Shown here piece by piece: positions 54,109 to 63,612 of a DNA stretch of 64,000 nucleotides (position 1 is the first letter of the stretch; the number at the start of each line of letters is the position of its first letter). A program made the position numbers and the translations under genes. Below the pieces are notes generated by a model. The model worked only from the letters and a program-made list of their open reading frames with translations, made no database searches and was not told the DNA's origin. The DNA comes from an uncultured Clostridia bacterium (lineage in GTDB: Bacteria; Bacillota; Clostridia; TANB77; CAG-508): NCBI GenBank assembly GCA_934182605.1, contig CAKPRQ010000005.1, forward strand, positions 3,788 to 67,787. Reading direction: 5' to 3'.

Positions 54109-54125
54109 TACTCACATCTTTATTA

Positions 54126-57100
54126 TTATTCATCATATTTATATTCTTCTTTATCTTCTGCAACCATTGATATATTTTTATTTTTTTCTTTATTTGAATT
54201 ATTTGATAAAAATGTTTCATCACTTTTCATTAATCTGTATATAACATTTCCTAAAGAATTCATTATCGCATTATAAAATTCTTTGCTTTCAAATAATTTC
54301 TTATATGAACTAGAACTTTCTTTATATGCTTTACTTGTTTTTTCGCTAAATACTTTTGGAAATACGGATTTTACAAACATATCCTCATTATTTGCCTTTG
54401 CAGATTTTCTAACTTCATCATCTTTCATTATAATGTCCATAATATTTTTAACTAACATATTATCAGCCTCTGTAAATTGTCCTGCATATAAATCATTCAC
54501 TTTTTTTATTACTTCTTCTAAATATCTTTGTTCTGGCAATATTGCAATTGGGATACCTGAACCTTGAGGTTTTACTAATCCTTCTGCCTCGTCTGTTTTT
54601 CTTAAAGATACACTCCCTTGAAATGTTTGTTTTAAATTATAAAAAGTCAATTTTAATGAACCTTCTAAATCAATTGTATCAACTTTATTTTTTGGTAATA
54701 ATTTTTCAACATATCTTAAATACATATATGTTTTATGAAGCTCTTCATCTCCCATAAATGTAATTTGAGTTATATAAGAATAAAATTTATTAAAGCTAAT
54801 TACTTGTTTTCTAAAACTTTCTCTGTCTTCAATTTCAAGTTTGTTATATAAGTCTACTGTTTCTTTAACACAACTTGTTAATCTTCCAAAATCGTTTTCG
54901 TTTTGTTTACCATCCTTCAGATAAATTTTACAGAATTTTTCTATATTCTCGTCATAAATTAGTCCATAACTTTTTATCATGTTTAATTTATCATAAATAG
55001 CATTTGGATTAGTTTCTTGCTCTAGTACAGTAACATCATAAAAAGGCTTAAATGCTTCTTGTATATCTTGAGCTTCATTAACAAAATCAATTACTAATGT
55101 ATCATCTTTTCCTTTACATGTCCTATTTAATCTTGATAAAGTTTGTACTGCTTTTATTCCTTTTAGTTTTTTATCTACAAACATTGTATGTAATAATGGT
55201 TCATCAAATCCTGTCTGATATTTTTCAGCAACTACTAATATTCCAAATTCATCTGAGTTAAAATACTCTTTTGTTTGTGATTCAGATATTTTTTTGCTAT
55301 CTTTTGTTTTATTCATTCCACTCTCTGTAAAAGATTCTCCACCATCTTGCACTTCTCCTGAAAATGCAACTAATACATCAAGATCATCATATCCTTTTTC
55401 TGCAATATATCTTTTAATTTCAAAGAAATATCTGACAGCGTGAAGTCTCGAAGCAGTTACAAGCATTGCTTTTCCTCTACCACCTATTTTATTTTTTGTA
55501 ACATTTCTAAATTGCTCAACTATAATTTGAGTTTTTTGAGTAATATTTATTTCATGTAAACTTTCAAATTTCTTTATTACTTTTGTTGCATAGTTTTCTG
55601 GGACTTCTGGATTGTCTGGTGTATTTTTAGCAATTTGATATATTGTTTTATATGTCATGTAATTAGCTAAAACATCTAATATGAAGCCTTCTTCTATAGC
55701 TTGTCTCATGCTGTACACGTGATAAGGTTTAAATGTTCCATCATCTTGCTTTGTTCCAAATAATTCTAATGTCTTTGGTTTTGGGGTAGCAGTAAAAGCA
55801 AAGAATGAAATATTCTTTTGTGGCCCATGAGTAGCTAACTCTTCAACAATTTTGTCTTCATAATCTTTTTCACTTTCTTCTGCTCTTGCCTCTAATTCAG
55901 CATATTTCTTTAATGCTTCTTCTTTATCTGCTAAAGCTATTTTTAATTTTTTTGCTGAATTTCCTGTTTGACTTGAATGTGCTTCATCCACTATAACAGC
56001 AAACTTTTTGTGTCCCATATCATCTACATCTTTATATATAACAGGAAACTTTTGTAGCGTGGTAATTATAATTCTTTTTCCATCATTTATAGCATCTTTT
56101 AAATCTTTTGATGTTTTTTCGTCATCAATTTTTACAACAACACCTTTTTGATGTTCAAATTGATATATTGTTTCTTGTAATTGCTTATCTAATATTTTTC
56201 TATCAGTTACAACTATAATGGAATTGAATACTGCATTATTGTCCTTGTCATGTAGTCCTGACAACCTATGTGCAAGCCAAGCTATACTATTTGATTTTCC
56301 TGAACCAGCACTATGTTGAATTAAATAATTTTGCCCAACACCACAATCTCTAACATTCCATATTAATTTTCTCACAACATCTAATTGATGAAATCTAGGA
56401 AAAATAATATTTTCTTTTTTCTTAATTATTTCTTTACCACCACGATGTAACACTTCTTCTTTTACTTGTAAATGTATAAATTTATGTATTATTTCCATTA
56501 AAGAATCTTTTTTTAATACATTCTTCCATAAATAATCCGTTGTATATCCATTTTCATTTGTTGGATTTCCTGCACCTCCAACATTTCCTGCTCCATTTGA
56601 ACCTTGATTAAATGGTAAATAATATGTATCTTTTCCTGCAAGTTTTGTTGTATATTTTACATCATAATGATCCACTGCAAAATAAGCTATTATTCTGCTA
56701 TTAAATCTAAATATTAATTCTCTAGGATCTCTATCATACATAAATTGCTTTTGTGCATTTTCACTATTTTGCCCTGTTATTTGATTCTTTAATTCTAAAG
56801 CTACAACAGGAATACCATTTAATAATAAAACTATATCAACTGAATTTTCATTTTGTGTAGAATACTTTAATTGTCTTGTTTCATTCAATATATTTTTATT
56901 ATATAGATCCCAATTTTCTGGTACTAAATTTGTTTCTGGCATAAAGTATGCTAATATAAATTTAAACCCTCTATCTGTAATTCCATTTCTGATTACATCA
57001 ATTATTCCTCTTGTTACTACTTCTTCATTAAATCTTTTTATAAATCTTGATTTATAATCATCTGGAAATGCCATTTTATATCTATTCCATTCTTTGCTTT

Positions 57101-57248
57101 GAGTATCTTCTATAAATTTAAATAAATCTTTTTGATTTAATGCTGATTCTCTATCAAAGTCTTCAGGATATCCTTTTATATATCCTCCATCTTCTGATAA
57201 AAGATATGTTTCAATATCTTGTTCAAATCTTTTTTCATTTTCTTCCAT
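54126..57248 (-). CDS. hsdR: type I restriction enzyme R subunit
   Basis: 1040 aa with SF2 helicase motifs (AGSGKSNS, DEAH) and an N-terminal nuclease region. Confidence 0.9.
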   Translation of the reverse strand: MEENEKRFEQDIETYLLSEDGGYIKGYPEDFDRESALNQKDLFKFIEDTQSKEWNRYKMAFPDDYKSRFIKRFNEEVVTRGIIDVIRNGITDRGFKFILAYFMPETNLVPENWDLYNKNILNETRQLKYSTQNENSVDIVLLLNGIPVVALELKNQITGQNSENAQKQFMYDRDPRELIFRFNSRIIAYFAVDHYDVKYTTKLAGKDTYYLPFNQGSNGAGNVGGAGNPTNENGYTTDYLWKNVLKKDSLMEIIHKFIHLQVKEEVLHRGGKEIIKKKENIIFPRFHQLDVVRKLIWNVRDCGVGQNYLIQHSAGSGKSNSIAWLAHRLSGLHDKDNNAVFNSIIVVTDRKILDKQLQETIYQFEHQKGVVVKIDDEKTSKDLKDAINDGKRIIITTLQKFPVIYKDVDDMGHKKFAVIVDEAHSSQTGNSAKKLKIALADKEEALKKYAELEARAEESEKDYEDKIVEELATHGPQKNISFFAFTATPKPKTLELFGTKQDDGTFKPYHVYSMRQAIEEGFILDVLANYMTYKTIYQIAKNTPDNPEVPENYATKVIKKFESLHEINITQKTQIIVEQFRNVTKNKIGGRGKAMLVTASRLHAVRYFFEIKRYIAEKGYDDLDVLVAFSGEVQDGGESFTESGMNKTKDSKKISESQTKEYFNSDEFGILVVAEKYQTGFDEPLLHTMFVDKKLKGIKAVQTLSRLNRTCKGKDDTLVIDFVNEAQDIQEAFKPFYDVTVLEQETNPNAIYDKLNMIKSYGLIYDENIEKFCKIYLKDGKQNENDFGRLTSCVKETVDLYNKLEIEDRESFRKQVISFNKFYSYITQITFMGDEELHKTYMYLRYVEKLLPKNKVDTIDLEGSLKLTFYNLKQTFQGSVSLRKTDEAEGLVKPQGSGIPIAILPEQRYLEEVIKKVNDLYAGQFTEADNMLVKNIMDIIMKDDEVRKSAKANNEDMFVKSVFPKVFSEKTSKAYKESSSSYKKLFESKEFYNAIMNSLGNVIYRLMKSDETFLSNNSNKEKNKNISMVAEDKEEYKYDE

Positions 57249-57250
57249 AA

Positions 57251-59176
57251 TTATTGCTCCTTAATTATTGTAAGATTTCCATTTCCTTTTGGAATTAATC
57301 CAATTTGTTTCATTTCTTTTAATACATCTAGCCATTCACTTTCTTTAAATCTTTTTTTTGTATCATTCCAATTTTCTCTTACATCTTTGACTATTTTTAT
57401 ATCTGAAATTTCTTCTTCTCTTATAATAAAGTCATTCCATGACGCATATAAAGTTGCAACCATTTCTGCTTTATCCATAGAATAATCTTTTATAATTTTT
57501 ATTATTCTTTCTATCTTTTTATCATAATCTGAATAATATTTTTCATAATATTTGTTATAGTTACTAAAACTTGGTAAAATTTTATAGTCTATTGGATTCT
57601 TTTTATTATTTATTTTAACCCATCTGTTTTTCTTACTTATAACTGATTCACATTTATAAATAGCTTCAGATAATGGTCCTGCCTTTTCTCTTACATAATT
57701 ATTTTCAAAATTAAATCCAATATCTTTTTCAATTAAATATAATATTTTTTCAGCCTTAACTCTTCCTAAATTATACTTATTCAACTTTTCAATAATTTTA
57801 CATAGTAATATTGCTTGTGCAAAAATATTGTCTTTGCACTTTATTTTTATTCCTATAGAATCATTTTTTATTAATTCATTTTTTGCTTTGACTTCTTTTT
57901 TGCCTGTAACATATTCATATATAAGCGATTGTTTATATTTTTCTAATTCTTCTATTATTCTTTCTTTATTTGATATTAAATTATCAATTTCATTACATTT
58001 TTTATCTAAATATTCAATTATTTTTTCTTGTTCATCTTCATTTTTATTATAAACAATTTTCATATTTGCGAAATTATCATAAGTTAATTGATTAATTGTT
58101 GATGTAAGAAAAGTTCCTAAATAATATTTAAAAATTTCTGAATCCAAAATATATTTTAAATATCTAGCATTACTCTTACATCTATAAATCATCATAAATG
58201 CTCCAAAAGTAGCTATCATTCCATTAGATATTAATGCATTTTTTCCAATTAATTTTCTACTGCCATTTCTTGAACATATTAATATATCATTTTCTTTAAC
58301 TAATAATTCTTCTTTTATCTCTTTTTTTACATAAACATTATCTTTAAAGTCTAACTTTCCTTCTTGAATATTAGATGACCTTAAAACTAAAATTCCATCA
58401 TTTTCATCACATAAATCTTCTGGGCTGTATGTTAAACCATTTCTTGCATTTCCTAAATTTTTAATTTTTATAATAAAATATTCTTTTGGAATTTTACCAA
58501 TCCAATCTATACCACTATCTTTCATTTCAACATTTTTGTCTAATCCTTTAGTAACCGCTTTTGTTATTATTGATTGTTTATATTTCTTATAATCTTCAAT
58601 AGTTTCTCTTGTTTTTTCAATTACATTATCTATTTCAACAACTTTCTTATCAAGATAATCAGCAATTTTTTGTTGCTCATCTATTGGTGGTAATAGAATT
58701 TCTATTGGTCCAAAATCTTCTGTATTTACCACATATCTTAATGATTTTGAATAAGCCTTATATTTTCTACCATCAAAACAACATTCAAACCAATATTTAG
58801 CGTAATCCTTATCGATATTTTTATTACAATTATATACTTTATATGCAGGAGATATCATTCCATTATAAGAGGACAATCCCGAAAAAACAGCAGATACGTC
58901 AAGATCAAATAAACACATAACTAACTGTCCAATTTTAACACTTTGATAAGTTTCAAAACTTTCGGGAACCTTTCCTCCAGTTGAACTTTCATCTTTCTTT
59001 ATAATTCCCTTTTTTGTTAAAGATAATAAATCGTAATTTATCATTTTATCTCCAACAATATTTTTTTCTAAGGAAAAACAATGTTTATTTTTATCAACTT
59101 TCCATGTGTTTGGAATCATCCCCACCCAAGGAATACCACTTTCTTTCATTTCTAACATTTTATTTATCCTCCTCAA
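57251..59176 (-). CDS. hsdS: type I R-M specificity subunit with two target-recognition domains, fused to a C-terminal Panacea/DUF4065-like domain
   Basis: 641 aa. A canonical HsdS occupies about 1-440, ending at the conserved ...YKQSLIYEYVTGKKEV. The extra 200 aa contain AEKILYLIEKDIGFNF...REKAGPLSEAIYK. Confidence 0.75.
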   Translation of the reverse strand: MRRINKMLEMKESGIPWVGMIPNTWKVDKNKHCFSLEKNIVGDKMINYDLLSLTKKGIIKKDESSTGGKVPESFETYQSVKIGQLVMCLFDLDVSAVFSGLSSYNGMISPAYKVYNCNKNIDKDYAKYWFECCFDGRKYKAYSKSLRYVVNTEDFGPIEILLPPIDEQQKIADYLDKKVVEIDNVIEKTRETIEDYKKYKQSIITKAVTKGLDKNVEMKDSGIDWIGKIPKEYFIIKIKNLGNARNGLTYSPEDLCDENDGILVLRSSNIQEGKLDFKDNVYVKKEIKEELLVKENDILICSRNGSRKLIGKNALISNGMIATFGAFMMIYRCKSNARYLKYILDSEIFKYYLGTFLTSTINQLTYDNFANMKIVYNKNEDEQEKIIEYLDKKCNEIDNLISNKERIIEELEKYKQSLIYEYVTGKKEVKAKNELIKNDSIGIKIKCKDNIFAQAILLCKIIEKLNKYNLGRVKAEKILYLIEKDIGFNFENNYVREKAGPLSEAIYKCESVISKKNRWVKINNKKNPIDYKILPSFSNYNKYYEKYYSDYDKKIERIIKIIKDYSMDKAEMVATLYASWNDFIIREEEISDIKIVKDVRENWNDTKKRFKESEWLDVLKEMKQIGLIPKGNGNLTIIKEQ

Positions 59177-60905
59177 ATAATATTTTTAGAGAATTCATAA
59201 TATCACTCTCATTTTTTCTAATTCTTGCTAGTATATCATCAGAATTTTCAGGTGTTACATATTTATAAAAATATCTAGTGAATGGTATTTCGTATCCTAT
59301 TTGTGTTTTCTTCTTATCTATCCATGCCTGTTTATTATATGGTTGAACTTCTCTTTCAAAGTATTCTTCTATATCATCTTTTAAAGGTACATTTTCATAA
59401 TCTCTTTTATTAGAATCAGCTTTAATGTTACCTTTTTTATCTTTTATAATTTCTTGTTTTTCATCTACTGCTGGTGATTCAATAGTTATTCTATAAAATC
59501 CAAAGTCACTATTATCAAATATTTTACTTTCAACTGTTTTATCATTTTCACTGTATTCTTTATTTGTAAATTCAGAATAAGCTTTTAATATTAACTTTCT
59601 TGATTCTTCATCTAAATCTTTTCTTTTATTTCCTATATTTTTTTTTCTATTTATGTAACAATTTGAAGCATCAATTAATTGAACCTTTCCTTCTCTTATA
59701 GTGCCTTCTTTTCCTTTGTTAATCAACCAAATATATGTTGAAATACCTGTATTGTAAAATAAATCTGTAGGCAATTGAATAATTGCTTCTAGCCAATCAT
59801 TTTCTATAATATATCTTCTTATTTCAGATTCTCCTGAACCTGCAGCACCTGAAAATAATGGTGAACCATTTTGTATAATTGCCATTTTCCCATCATCTTT
59901 TAATTTTGCAATACCATTTAAAGTAAATAACATTTGACCATCTGAAATTTTAGGTGTGCCTACTGGAAATCTTCCATGTTCACCTTTTGAAACTTCATTT
60001 TCAATTGCTTTCTTCTGCTTCTTCCAATCTATACCAAATGGAGGATTTGAAATTATATAATCAAAAGTATATCCTTTAAATTTATCATCATCTAGTGTGT
60101 CTCCTTGTTTAAAATTATCTGCCTCTCCTCCTTTAATGAGCATATCTGCCTTAGCTATTGCATAAGTCTCCGGATTTAACTCTTGCCCATAGCAATCTAC
60201 TTTAACATTTTTATTTAGTTGATGTAATCTGTCAGTCATACATGCAAGTATTTGAGAAGTTCCCATTGCCATATCATATATTGTTTTTACTTTATTATCG
60301 TTAATTAAAATATCTTTTTCTTCAACAACTAATAAATCTGTCATTAAATAAATAATATCTCTAGCTGTAAAGTGAGCTCCTGCTTCTTCGTCATAACTTT
60401 CTGAAAATTTTCTAACTAATTCTTCAAAGATATATCCCATATCTTCTGTTTTTACTTCATCCAGTCCCATATATGCTTTTTTAGAATTAAATTCCTCTAT
60501 TACAACATATAAAAGTCTATTTTCTACCATTGTTTTTACTTCATTATTAAATTTAAAATTGCTTAATATATCTATAACATTATCTGAAAATCCATTTAAA
60601 TAATTTTTAAAGTTACTTTCAATATTATCTGGATCTGATAATAATTTCTCAAAATCATATTTACTTGTATTATAAAAACTATATCCAGAAGCTTCTGTTA
60701 GGAAAACATCTTTAACTTCAAAATTTTTAACTTCTTCATATTTGTCTAAAACAGCTTGTTTAGTTGGTTTTAATATATCATCAAATCTTTTTAATACTGT
60801 CATTGGAAGTATTACCTTGCCATATTCATGCGGTTTATATACTCCAACTAATTTTGTCGCTACTTCCCATATTAAATTTGCTTTTGCATTTATATTTGTA
60901 CTCAT
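59160..60905 (-). CDS. hsdM: type I R-M N6-adenine DNA methyltransferase subunit
   Basis: 581 aa with the NPPFG motif (IISNPPFGIDW) and a SAM-binding region. Confidence 0.9.
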   Translation of the reverse strand: MSTNINAKANLIWEVATKLVGVYKPHEYGKVILPMTVLKRFDDILKPTKQAVLDKYEEVKNFEVKDVFLTEASGYSFYNTSKYDFEKLLSDPDNIESNFKNYLNGFSDNVIDILSNFKFNNEVKTMVENRLLYVVIEEFNSKKAYMGLDEVKTEDMGYIFEELVRKFSESYDEEAGAHFTARDIIYLMTDLLVVEEKDILINDNKVKTIYDMAMGTSQILACMTDRLHQLNKNVKVDCYGQELNPETYAIAKADMLIKGGEADNFKQGDTLDDDKFKGYTFDYIISNPPFGIDWKKQKKAIENEVSKGEHGRFPVGTPKISDGQMLFTLNGIAKLKDDGKMAIIQNGSPLFSGAAGSGESEIRRYIIENDWLEAIIQLPTDLFYNTGISTYIWLINKGKEGTIREGKVQLIDASNCYINRKKNIGNKRKDLDEESRKLILKAYSEFTNKEYSENDKTVESKIFDNSDFGFYRITIESPAVDEKQEIIKDKKGNIKADSNKRDYENVPLKDDIEEYFEREVQPYNKQAWIDKKKTQIGYEIPFTRYFYKYVTPENSDDILARIRKNESDIMNSLKILFEEDK

Positions 60906-61267
60906 TTTTTCCCCCTTAAAATTTCTATAATTTTTTTATATTTTTGATTTGTAAATTTGGTTTGCTTTATCTCATATAGTACTTCTAATATTCTTTCATC
61001 TTCTTTTATCATATTGATTATTTCATCTGGCAGTGTATTTCTTTCAAATGCTGCTTTTTTTCGAAATTCATTTTTTTCATTATCATCCAATCCTAATGCA
61101 CACATCATATTTTCCAAATCTTCTCCTTGAGGTGGATTGTTTTTCCCTGTTTCCATTCCACTTATAAGCATTTTCTTTTTACCCATTATTTTAGCTATAT
61201 ACTCCTGTGTCTTTTCATGTTCTTTTCTTTTTTCTCTTAGAAATTTTCCGAATTCAGTTGTTATCAA
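60902..61267 (-). CDS. XRE-family HTH protein, candidate controller (C-protein) of the R-M operon
   Basis: 121 aa with an HTH (KTQEYIAKIMGKKKMLISGMETGKN). Its stop overlaps the hsdM start by 4 bp. Confidence 0.55.
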   Translation of the reverse strand: MITTEFGKFLREKRKEHEKTQEYIAKIMGKKKMLISGMETGKNNPPQGEDLENMMCALGLDDNEKNEFRKKAAFERNTLPDEIINMIKEDERILEVLYEIKQTKFTNQKYKKIIEILRGKK

Positions 61268-61455
61268 TGATCCACCTCCTTTTATTGTAAGTAAGTAAAT
61301 TTATTTACTTACTTTTATATAATAAATTATATTTTTTGTCAAGAAAATCTTTTTCCTTCTAAATTTTATTTTTAATCATTTGTATTTAATTTTATGAAAC
61401 TCTTGTATTTTAATTATTTTAGAGTTATTATACACAACCAACTGGAGGTGAAAAT

Positions 61456-61728
61456 ATGAATGCTAAAACAATAAAATCTCTATATAATGGTGATTACACT
61501 TGTATTGAAAAACCAATTGTTGAAAATTCTAAATATTCTGAAGCATTATCAAAATGCACATCACTTCAAGAAGAACTAGTGCATTTGGTTGATAAAGAAA
61601 CTTTTTCTCGAATTGATAATGTATTAGATTGTATGAATGAATTGTCTGACATTGAAGCTGAAGAGTCCTTTGTTGAAGGTTTTTCATTAGCTATATCTTT
61701 ACTGTTGGAAGCACTTTCGAAAAAATAA
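61456..61728 (+). CDS. hypothetical protein
   Basis: 90-aa ORF followed by a GC-rich hairpin element. Confidence 0.35.
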   Translation: MNAKTIKSLYNGDYTCIEKPIVENSKYSEALSKCTSLQEELVHLVDKETFSRIDNVLDCMNELSDIEAEESFVEGFSLAISLLLEALSKK

Positions 61729-61743
61729 TTTACCCCCTCCCCT

Positions 61744-61840
61744 ATGTATTTCCCGAAAGTTTTAACACGACTCCCCTCGCCGTTCCCCCTTTTTACTTTG
61801 TAGAGATTATAGGCGGGGGTGGTCTTTATATTTTCGGTAT
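61744..61840 (+). terminator. Unusually C/G-rich hairpin-forming element with a T-tract (terminator or island-boundary site)
   Basis: cccctcgccg...ggcgggggtgg followed by ctttatattttcgg. GC content is far above the local background. Confidence 0.3.
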
Positions 61841-61935
61841 TTAATTTTTATTTATATTTCCATACTTTTAAGTATTATCTACCGATTATCACAGAAAAAA
61901 AATAGTAACTACCTTTATTGGTAATTACTATACTT

Positions 61936-62289
61936 TTATTTTAATATATTCCATTTATCCTCCTTAAATCCTGTAAATATTCCCTTATCTGATACTAATA
62001 CTGGTCTCTTTATAAGCATTCCATCACTTGCTAATAATTCTATTTTATCTTTGTCACTCATAGTTACTAATTTTTCTTTTAAATTCAATTCTTTATACTT
62101 TAATCCACTTGTATTAAACCATTTCTTTAATTCTTCTCCACTCTTTTGTATCCATTCAGTTAATTCTTCAACTGTTGGTGTTTCTTCAACAATATTCCTA
62201 TCTATAAATTCGATATTGTTTCCTTCTAACCACTTCTTTGCTTTTTTACAAGTAGAACATTTTGGATATTCTATAAATATATTTTTCAT
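61936..62289 (-). CDS. ArsC/Spx-family protein (YffB-like)
   Basis: 117 aa with an N-terminal CxxC-type motif (IEYPKCSTCKKAKKWL). Confidence 0.6.
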   Translation of the reverse strand: MKNIFIEYPKCSTCKKAKKWLEGNNIEFIDRNIVEETPTVEELTEWIQKSGEELKKWFNTSGLKYKELNLKEKLVTMSDKDKIELLASDGMLIKRPVLVSDKGIFTGFKEDKWNILK

Positions 62290-62292
62290 AAC

Positions 62293-62685
62293 TCATTTCT
62301 CCTTTAAATCATATTCCCACAAACTCAATTTTCCTTTTGCCTCTATTGGTTCATCAAATACTTCTACATTTTCTAGCTGCCAACCATAATTTTCTTTAAA
62401 AGAACTATCTGTGTATATATCTTTATTTTCTTTTAATAATATGTCTTTAAATTCTGGTGACATTTTAACGCAATCTACTAATATTACTTTTCCTAATATT
62501 TTTCCAGTTGGCATATCTTCTGGAATATATTTTGCTAATCTTTTCATTGCTTCCTTATCTATTCCTTTTCCTGCATGTATTAATAAATCTCCTCTATATT
62601 TAGTTTGCCAGCTTCTAAATTCAAACCTCTTATCTTTTTGCATTATCAATGTTGCCCATGGTTGTTTTATTGTTAATACTTTCAT
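62293..62685 (-). CDS. ASCH (PUA-like) domain protein, paralog of 34963-35349
   Basis: About 75% amino-acid identity with the jetD-linked ASCH protein. It overlaps the upstream phosphorylase gene by 4 bp. Confidence 0.6.
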   Translation of the reverse strand: MKVLTIKQPWATLIMQKDKRFEFRSWQTKYRGDLLIHAGKGIDKEAMKRLAKYIPEDMPTGKILGKVILVDCVKMSPEFKDILLKENKDIYTDSSFKENYGWQLENVEVFDEPIEAKGKLSLWEYDLKEK

Positions 62686-63470
62686 TCTTTACCTCTTTTC
62701 TCTATTTTATATGCTAATTCAAATGCTAAATATGGCACTCTAGCTTTCTTTTCAAAATTAATTAATTGACTTATACTTCTTTCTTCCCATTCAACTGCGT
62801 CGAGATTATCTCCTGCATAATAGAACGTAAAGTATTTTAGCTTTTTATATTCGCAAACAGCTGCAATAGATGCACCTTCCATTTCAACGCAAACAGCTCC
62901 TTTTTTCTGAAATTTCTCCATCTTTTCTCTAGTTTCTCTATAAAATCCATCAGTTGTCCAAGTAGCTCCTTCAACATAATCATAATTATTATCTTTCAAT
63001 ACTTTTTTAAATAACTCCACATATTTTTTATTTAACTCTATCGATTCTGATTCAGGTAAATAATGATAACTTATGCCTTCATCTCTAAAAGCTTTATTAG
63101 GAACAATAATAGAACAATCCTCTATGCTTCTATCTAACACTCCACAATTTCCAAAAATAATATATGTATCAACTCCATTAACATTTAATTCTTCAATATC
63201 AGCACTTATCCATGGGCCACTAACTCCTGCTAAAAATAATGTTATTTTTATATTTTTATATTTCAGAACATAAACTGGACGCTGACAATTAGCACAACTA
63301 ATAACTCCTACTTTTTCACATTCAAATTTTCCAACTATATCCTCTAATAAATATTGAGAAAAAACTCCTACCGCTATATGGGGTAATTTATAATTAACAT
63401 CCCTGGTTCCATCTAATCTTTTAATTCCATAAGGTTTTATTAAACCTTCTTCTTTACTGTAAATTATCAT
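62682..63470 (-). CDS. PNP/UDP family nucleoside phosphorylase
   Basis: 262 aa with the VEMEGASIAAVC motif of family 1 nucleoside phosphorylases. Confidence 0.6.
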   Translation of the reverse strand: MIIYSKEEGLIKPYGIKRLDGTRDVNYKLPHIAVGVFSQYLLEDIVGKFECEKVGVISCANCQRPVYVLKYKNIKITLFLAGVSGPWISADIEELNVNGVDTYIIFGNCGVLDRSIEDCSIIVPNKAFRDEGISYHYLPESESIELNKKYVELFKKVLKDNNYDYVEGATWTTDGFYRETREKMEKFQKKGAVCVEMEGASIAAVCEYKKLKYFTFYYAGDNLDAVEWEERSISQLINFEKKARVPYLAFELAYKIEKRGKE

Positions 63471-63612
63471 AGTTTATCACCTTTCTATTTTTTGCAATTA
63501 CATCATAGATTATATTTTACTTTTTCAATAAAGTATTGCACATTTTTTCTAGGCTTTTCTGATTCTGTATTATCATAATATTTTTCAATATTTCTCATAT
63601 TATCAAATTCCT

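Larger units (their letters stand above)
44100..54125. mobile_element. Putative integrated satellite/PICI-like element (integrase, two Xis-like genes, primase-helicase, three-gene cargo)
   Basis: The integrase is divergent from the xis-pri module, and accessory genes sit distal to the replication module. Boundaries are approximate; att sites were not identified. Confidence 0.35.

Noticed and set aside
57251-59176. Possibility that the 641-aa HsdS ORF is two genes (hsdS plus a downstream gene) fused by a frameshift error
   Set aside because: The frame is continuous with no internal stop, and the hsdM stop overlaps in the usual operon arrangement. A sequencing artefact cannot be excluded, which is why resequencing is suggested.
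61744-61840. GC-rich segment considered as a tRNA or tRNA fragment marking an att site
   Set aside because: It has no T-arm (GGTTCGAATCC-like) and no cloverleaf-compatible pairing. It is better explained as a C/G-rich hairpin terminator.
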